NCBI GenBank assembly: GCA_002269645.1
Contig: NIVC01003064.1
Span: 1-64,000, forward strand
Direction: 5' to 3'
Length of the DNA: 64,000 bases
From: Macrostomum lignano
Taxonomy: Eukaryota
A program made the translations under genes and the position numbers. The notes beneath the pieces were generated by a model, which had not been told where the DNA came from, made no database searches, and was given only the letters and a program-made list of their open reading frames with translations. Of this stretch, positions 56,765 to 64,000 are shown in pieces. Numbering within the stretch: position 1 is the first letter of the stretch; every line of letters begins with the position of its first letter.

Positions 56765-57581
56765 TTGTGGAACAGTGGAGTTAAACAGTGGAACTATACA
56801 GTGGAAATTATACGAGCGTGTCGTACGCTCACTCTGGTTTATATACGCTCACTCATGTCAAGCAAGGATTAGCGAGATTGGTTTGAAAACCTTGCTAACG
56901 AAATGAAACTCATTTCATTTTTTTAAAGCCCGTTTCAGCTTAGGCAAAAATGAATACCAGCTTAGGGCCACCCCCAACCCCAGTTAAAATCGTGTGAGGC
57001 TTCATTGGTGAGCGTCATGAGGCTTTAGCTGTTTGTGATTACTGAAAAGTCGCACTAGGTTGGGGCTTGCACTGGCAGTTTAATGAAATCACTTTAGTTG
57101 AATACAAAGTTTACTGCTATTGGCTGACTTGAAACCCTCTATTTTTAGCCACGTTAGCCACACGCCGCACTGGCTTCCCAATTACAGTGTACATTTAAGA
57201 TCTTTTTTGTGTCCTATTATTGAAGTGTGTCGAAAACAGATTGCATAACAAGTCGCACCACACTCGACTCTGACACCCCACACAGTGTACATAAAGAAAG
57301 AACGTAAAAGCTAAGGCAATCACCAGCCAATCCACAACAAGTAGCCCAGTGGGTGGATTAGAACAAAACTCTCTCTGATTGGTTAGCCAGATCTAAATTG
57401 ATCTTTACATGGCACCCTCTATTGGCATGAGTCATCACAGTTAGGGTTGTCCGAAACGAAATGCTGCAATATAAACTGGCACAATTGGCCTTGATGCTAA
57501 AACTATCAAACCACAAACCGTAAAGACCTTATCAGTGAAATTTTTATAATCCATATTTTTGGCAACTATCAATCGAGCAAT
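56765..57581. promoter_or_regulatory. Candidate bidirectional promoter
   Basis: Minus TATA at 56838-56843 and plus TATAAA at 57470-57475. CCAAT/ATTGG at 56877, 57327, 57378 and 57421. TGAGTCA at 57428-57434. Confidence 0.55.
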
Positions 57582-58990
57582 ATGGAGTCAACCGAAGGAG
57601 CCAAGAAAAGCAAAGCGTGTATCTCTGCTCTGCTTCCGGGCCTGATGCACGCTGCAATCGTTGGCCTCGTAATGAGGCTGTCCAAAATCACGGACTTTGA
57701 AGGCAAAAGAGGACCAGGCCAAGTGTTTTCCTTTATCCTCTGTGACGACACCGGCGATATACGTGTAAGCGTGTTCGGAAAGGATCTTAAGCCTTTCCTG
57801 GAGGTGTGTCGTGAGGGCGTCGCCGTCCGCATATCCGGCGGCTGGGTGAAGAAGGCGGATCCCAAATACAGCACTACGGACAATGAGCACGAGCTAACAG
57901 TTTCAATTGACCAACGTGGAACCATTGTGAGGACCCTCGAGACCGTCACTCGACGTGCACCAAGCTATAAGAAGATAAAAGAGATTTCGGACTGTGAAAT
58001 GAAAATGTAAGTTAACTTGTTGCAATTGTTAAAAATAAAATGGAAAGGATTTGGAATATATATTCCCACTAAATGTTAGGTTAGCCAATTATTTCTAGGG
58101 AAACTTATTTAAATCAGTCAGTGAAGTTGCTTAGTGAATGAGTTAATGCATTCTTGTAAGTTCACCCTTTGCCTCACATATCTCAGGAATGTTAACGTCT
58201 ATGGCACGATTTCTGCTGTCCAGAAACCAACGGAAGTTAAAACCGGTTCCGGAAAACTCATCAACCTGGCGAAAGTGACGCTTGTTGATCAGTCTGGGTC
58301 CTCCGTGTCGTGCACATTTTGGGCCAGCTCTACTGCCCAAGTGAATGACTGGTCTGTGGGCGACGTTCTAGCGATTCATGGTGCTCAAGTCCAGGAATAT
58401 TCCCAGACAATCAGTCTCGGATGTTCGAAAGCGGAAATTCAGCATTGGCCAGAAGACTCTGCTGATGTCTCCGACATTACCCAGTGGTACAAGGATGCGC
58501 TTTCTAGCCAACAGTGCTTCGAGGAGCTACGGGTGACGCAAAGCTCCCAGCGGGAGAAATATGCTAACCGTGACGACGAAATGGTATTACAGTACCCAGA
58601 GCGAATGTTCGACCAATTCGATGAGGTGCGAAGAATTAAAGTGCGATTTGGGGACAAAGAGGTAAGTTGATTTTACGAGTATTACGTGTGGGTTAAATAG
58701 AAATATGGTGTCAGAGAACGTACTAAAGAAGCAATAAGTGATTGACTGCTTAGATTCATTATTAACTTGTTCAATGAGGCCTCTTATCTCTAAAGATTAG
58801 GTTTATTCATTCATTCAAGAGTAATATGAATATAAAAAATTGATTAAATTCATATATAAATTTCATTTCACAGGTGACATTTTCCCGAGATCATATCAAC
58901 AGAAGTCAGCAGATCCCCGCTATGTCAACCCCTAAGGCTCCCAATGTGTCCGAGAAGCCTGGGCCATCACATGATTTCATGGACGAGTAG
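57582..58990 (+). CDS. RPA1-like: Three-exon RPA70-like ssDNA-binding protein (DBD-A + DBD-B OB folds only), 338 aa
   Basis: Exons 57582-58006, 58187-58661 and 58874-58990; both donors gtaagt, 1017 nt open. Motifs GQVFSFILCDDTGDIRVSVF, VKKADPKYSTTDNEHE, VTLVDQSG..VSCTFW, VLAIHGAQVQEY and TQWY match RPA70 DBD-A/B. AATAAA lies at 59004-59009. Confidence 0.88.
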
Positions 58991-59204
58991 GACTTGAAAG
59001 ACTAATAAAGATGCAATTAACGTGAGTAATGCTTGAGTGCATTTTTGTCTGCCAGTAGCGCATCTGAGTTCGATAGCCATCTCAAGTAGTTTAACCTGAT
59101 ATGTATAATACGGCCCGATGAGACGTATCAGGTAAATCCTGCTTTATTCACCTAATAAATTAAAATTAGATGGGATCATAATGGAATTGGGATCAGTGAT
59201 TAGC

Positions 59205-60700
59205 TAAGCAAAATGATTAGCTAAATTGTGTTCATTGCATAACAGAACTGAGATCATTGCTTAGCGAAATTGGGTTCATTGCATAACAGAACTGAGATCA
59301 TTGCTTAGTTAAATTGGGTTTATGGCATTACAGAACTGAGATTCAAGGGGGTTGTAGCCTAGTGGTTAGGGCGTCGGACTCACGACTTGAAGGTCGGGGG
59401 TTCGATTCCCGATCCCTCTGCAACAATTTGTGTCCTTGAGCAAGACACTTAACTCTGCGTTGCTTCAGTTTACCCAGCTGTAAAATGGGTACCAGCATTA
59501 GCTGGGGTAATTGAGGGTGTGTGTGGCGACCCCCCAGTCCTTGGACTGAACAGCTGTACGCAGCCTTCAGATGCGCCGCGCAATAGCTGCGGCTGAGCTG
59601 TCGGTTGCACATCTGCCCATTGGGCAGGTGTAATCAATTATTATTATTATTAGAACTGAGAGCATTGCTTAGCTAAATTGGGTTCATTGCTTGTTCATTG
59701 GGTTCACAGAATCTCTTAGATCCCAATCCTAAATTCACAGAATCTCTTAGATCCCAATCCTAAATTCACAGAATCTCTTAGATCCCAATCCTAAATTCAT
59801 AGAATCTCTTAGATCCCAATGCTAAATTCTTAGAATCTCTTAGATCCCAATCCTAAATTCACAGAATCTCTTAGATCCCAATGCTAAATTCACAGAATCT
59901 ATTAGATTCCAATCCTAAATTCATAGAATCTCTTAAATCCCAATCTTAAATTCATAGAATCTCTTAGATCCCAATCCTAAATTCATAGAATCTCTTAGAT
60001 CCCAATCCTAAATTCACAGAATCTTATATATCAATCCTAAATCATTGCTTAGCTAAATTGTGTTTGTGGCATAACAGAAGTGAGATCATTGCTTAGCTAA
60101 ATTGTGTTTGTGGCATAACAGAAGTGAGATCATTGCTTAGCCTAATTGGGTTCATTGCATAACAGAACTAAGATCATTGCTTAGCGTAATTGGGATCATT
60201 TGGCATAACTAAGTTGGGATCCTTGCATACTAAATTGGGATCATAGCAAACCAGAATTGGAATTATCGCATAATGAAATTGGGCTCATGGCATGATACGA
60301 ATGGGATCATTGAAGAATGGAAAATTGGATTCATAGTTTACCAGAATTATGATTAGTAAGAGGGGCGTCCGTAAGGTAATGAAAATTTTCTGCTACGAGT
60401 TGGGATCAAGGCAAACCAGAATAGGATCGAATTGGGTTCCCAATAGCCAATTGGGTTCCCAACCCAATAGCTAAATTGTGTTTGTGGCATAACAGAAGTG
60501 AGATCATTGCTTAGCTAAATTGTGTTTGTGGCATAACAGAAGTGAGATCATTGCTTAGCCTAATTGGGTTCATTGCATAACAGAACTAAGATCATTGCTT
60601 AGCGTAATTGGGATCATTTGGCATAACTAAAATGGGATTATTGCATAACTAAATTGAGATCCTTTCATAACTAGATTGAGATCATTGCATAACTAGATTG
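59205..60700. repeat. ~43-44 bp degenerate satellite (CATAACAGAACTGAGATCATTGCTTAGCTAAATTGGGTTCATTG) flanking the SINE and the 31-bp array
   Basis: Units at 59210-59340, 60040-60230 and 60470-60700, with related units at 55480-55620. Confidence 0.8.
59342..59651 (+). mobile_element. Full-length tRNA-derived CORE-type SINE (310 bp)
   Basis: A/B-box head at 59347-59410, CORE-like TGTGTCCTTGAGCAAGACACTTAAC..TCAGTTTACCCAGCTGTAAAATGGG at 59429-59489, and an (ATT)n tail. The 10-bp TSD AGAACTGAGA lies at 59332-59341 and 59652-59661. Confidence 0.9.
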
Positions 60701-61138
60701 GGATCAAGGCAAACCAGAATAGGATCGGATACAATCGGATCCCAATTTAGTTGTGCCATGAAAGTTAATAAGTAATAGTGAAATTAATGTAGGTAAATAT
60801 TAGGTGAATATATAGCAGGTTGGCTGCATATCAATGGGCCTTGAGATTGTGGTTGAAATAACGTGTTCGCTGCTTTTTCACGATTCAGAGGTTCTTCCAC
60901 TCTAAAACTGAGGGTATGCAGCCATGAGAGAGAGGTTTGAAGCAGCTTCAGCAAACCTAGAGACTTGTGATAGCTAAGCTTTTTGTGTGACGTTGAGTGC
61001 GTGAACTTAACTTGCCCCAGTGAATGCCTCTGACCAGCAGTGCAGAGTAAAGCAAGCCAACAAGCAGTAGGATTGACACCATTATTCTTGCAGTCAAATG
61101 CAATGAACTGTGCAATGATACTGTCTTGTTGGCGGAGC
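60700..61138. repeat. Near-identical copy of about 55590-56028
   Basis: GGGATCAAGGCAAACCAGAATAGGATCGG through CTTGTTGGCGGAGC matches in both places. Confidence 0.9.
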
Positions 61139-64000
61139 CTTCTGCAAGTGCATCATGTTTACTGTTTGTGGGTAATATTTTTAGGTGCAATGCAATTTTT
61201 TCTTTTTTCATTGAACTGAATCCCATTACTGTCCCATTACTGTCGTTTTCTGACATTACTCAGTAGTCACAACTTGTTTCTGTCGAAAAAATAATTTAAC
61301 AAACGAAAGAGGAAAATCGCTGAATTCTCTACATTTGGAGTTTGTTTTCTTATAATGTCATAATGATGTGTATTTGTATAATAATAATTTTGCCAGATGC
61401 TCACTCAATTGTTGTTGTTTTGTTGTTTTCAATGTGTTTTGCAATTGAAGAAATACAAAAAATGTTTCAGTGGACAAAGACCAGTCCCATGATTCATGAA
61501 TCTGCACACCTGGTACCTGCCTTATTCTATTTTAAAAGATAAATTGTCAGGCATGCATTTGTAATGAAGAATGATACAAAATGGATTACTAAGAAAAGAG
61601 GTCAGATGAGAAATAGGATCTGATCAGAACTGGAATCATTAAGAAAAAGAAAGGATATTAGAAATTGATCCATTGATATTTAATTAGCCATTGATATGAG
61701 CTAACCATTTTGAACTATCAAAATGGATCTAATTTGAAATAGACTTTTATGTCATATAGGATTTGATTCAAAATAAGATTTGACAATGTGAATGAGGCAT
61801 ATAAGAAAAGAGAAGTCTGCTGAGGAGTGTGACTAGAAAAGAAAGGGGGAATTTAGCATGATAATATATATCATATATCATGCCTATATATAGCCAATGT
61901 TAGCTTTATTAAAAGTGTCAAACCAAAGGTCGAAGGATGTAGCTCCAGTTGCTTTTGCAAAGTCCATTCACAATGAGATAGCTGCATTGAACTGACTCTT
62001 TAAGTCATTTATTATAATAAGAGGGGCCTCATTCAAGGGCAATAGTTGCAATGCTGAGCTACTTATTGTTCGGAACATTGCAGTCGCAGTTAGTACGATG
62101 AGCAGGGCTAAGAAATTCACTTACAAATGAAGAAAGTAAAAAATTTCTCGGGATGTGTATAAAACTGTAGTACACATGAGCAATACAAGCAACAAGAAAA
62201 TCGGAATAAAGCAAGTCATTTCTCGGAAAGTCGCAATTTCTTGGAATATTATTTAATTTATTTTCAGTAACAACTAAAAAAGTGATCTCAACAGTTTTAT
62301 AAACTAAATAAATAAAATAATTTTTATCAAACACGTTGACATATACAGGGCTCTAAACTAAAAAACTGTAAAAAGTTGATAGTTTTGTTTTACCTAAAAT
62401 GCGTTATTAACGATCTCCAAAAATTCCTATTTTAAGCTTAAGCTTAAGAAAGACACTTAAAGTACTCCTGCTAAAAGGTATATTATATTAGACGAATATT
62501 AATTATTTCTGCTCCCCGAAGGGGGGCAAAACTTTAGCTAGTTATTAATTCTGTTTGTGGACGCGATCATTGAGCTCTTGACAATCCTTGGTATCAGTTG
62601 CAGGCGGATTTGTGTAGTGTCTTGATCGGTAGATAAAGTGAAACTTTTTTATATTTACTGTAAATTTATTCAATGTATGTATAGTCACCAGGTCTATTAA
62701 TGTAAAGCCAAATTACTATTTTTATAGGGGCCTAGTTAGTCATTGTTTGAATTGGAATAGAATATATTTCATTAATATTATGGTTAATATTAAGTTATTA
62801 GCTATGATCAATGACAATAACAAGGACCATTAGAAGTTACCACTGACATCGGCCTATCATTATTCTATGCTTCAAAACTTATAAATATAATGTATGATGG
62901 CAGAAAGCTATTGTATTAGTAGTAGTAGTAGTAGTAGTGGTAGTAATAGTATAATTATGGCCAAAATGTTTTATCATAGACAAACTCACTGACTAAAAGC
63001 TAAAACCTATCTAAGTAATGCTTTTTGAGAGTACCAGTCATTTCAATGACAAGTTGTTTTAGTGATAGATGTTTCAATGGCAAAAATCATTTTGGCATGA
63101 TTTTGCCATGCTTTTCTCTTTGACTTTGACACTTTGTGATAGACACACTTCATTTTTGATGGAAAATTAAATATTTCATAAGTATAATCATTTTAGTGAT
63201 AAGAGGCACTTTATAATATTAGTGTGTAATTATTTTGTGAAGATTTATATTTTATACATATATTTATAAATTTCTATCAAAATATTAATATATTTAAAAA
63301 AAGAAATCAAACTAATTATATTGTTTTCTTTTGTGCAAATTGTTTTGAATTGTTCTAAATATTCAGAATATTCAAACATATACATATGCAACCCTGATTT
63401 ATACTGATTATATGACTAACTTTTTGACCAAAAATGTGATTTACCTATGAACGAAATGCTAATAAAAATTAATGCAATTTGGATAAATGGCAGAAATACT
63501 GCCTTATTAAGGCTAAATACCCCATCATATAATTAGTACTACTTAGGAGGTTCAACCCCTAGCTTTTTATAGGAAGTCACTGGAGACCTGGTTTAAGCAG
63601 CTAGAATCACAATTTACCCTATTGGAATAAGTTGACAAAATGCGGACAACTGTCTGTCGCATTTTTGGATTCTCCTGCTGTCGCGTTGCGTGACAGTGGT
63701 GTCAAGTGGTGTGTCACGTCGCGCGACACTGGAAACCTGGTGTCGTCATGCGTCGTGTCGCGTGACACGACACAACGAGACGCGTAAGTGTGGCAACTTG
63801 GCGGCTAGTGTCATCATGTGTTGCATTGCGGCCTAGATCTGCATCCAAAACCTCGCAAACTGTGTTTCATTGTAATATGTTCACAGTTGTTTCTCGGTAT
63901 TTAAATGTTTCAAACATGTTTGATAAAAACTAATTCTTGAATTGTTCTTTTTTATTTTGACTGTAAAATAACTAATACTTTAAATATAATTTCTAGAAAG

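Larger units (their letters stand above)
26645..62541 (+). mobile_element. Composite head-to-tail array of non-autonomous Helitron units (~35.9 kb)
   Basis: A|TCCAATATACTAAAAATG at 26645 and hairpin+CTAG|T at 62541. Internal CTAG|TCTAATATACTAAAAATG junctions lie at 29106/7, 37564/5, 41375/6 and 49833/4. No Rep/helicase ORF was seen. Confidence 0.82.
49834..62541 (+). mobile_element. Helitron unit H5 (12.7 kb, gene-carrying)
   Basis: 5' TCTAATATACTAAAA. The last ~225 bp are near-identical to the H2/H4 3' end and finish in hairpin+CTAG|T. Confidence 0.75.

Noticed and set aside
59347-59420. Functional tRNA gene (also 776-843, 23985-24050)
   Set aside because: The acceptor stem does not close, and the heads continue into SINE bodies with tails and TSDs, or are truncated.
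26645-62541. Helitron Rep/PIF1 helicase ORF
   Set aside because: No HUH or helicase motifs were found in the ORF track or by eye, so the array is called non-autonomous.

Overview
This is eukaryotic (metazoan, probably invertebrate) genomic DNA. It has GT-AG introns, TTAGGG repeats, tRNA-derived SINEs and dense minisatellites. The style recalls repeat-rich flatworm genomes, but the species cannot be established from sequence alone. There is no CRISPR array or rRNA. Left part (1-24.4 kb): decayed THAP/P-element and Ty3/Gypsy remnants; an intronless secreted PAN/apple + C-type lectin gene (12308-13051, -); and a hand-assembled 9-exon, 1220-aa DUF4062-like/NACHT-like/TPR gene (15269-24417, -) with a different minisatellite in each large intron. 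Right part (26645-62541): a ~36 kb head-to-tail array of five non-autonomous Helitron units (5' TC, 3' hairpin+CTAG, A|T site). It contains satellites, interstitial TTAGGG, a ~12.2 kb tandem duplication and a P element with TIRs and an 8-bp TSD. The last unit holds a divergently transcribed gene pair that the ORF track does not show whole: a 3-exon RPA70-like two-OB-fold protein (338 aa, +) and a 2-exon, 91-aa RGG/CCHC-knuckle/polyQ microprotein (-). All gene models were spliced and translated by hand, and family assignments come from motif recognition, not database searches.
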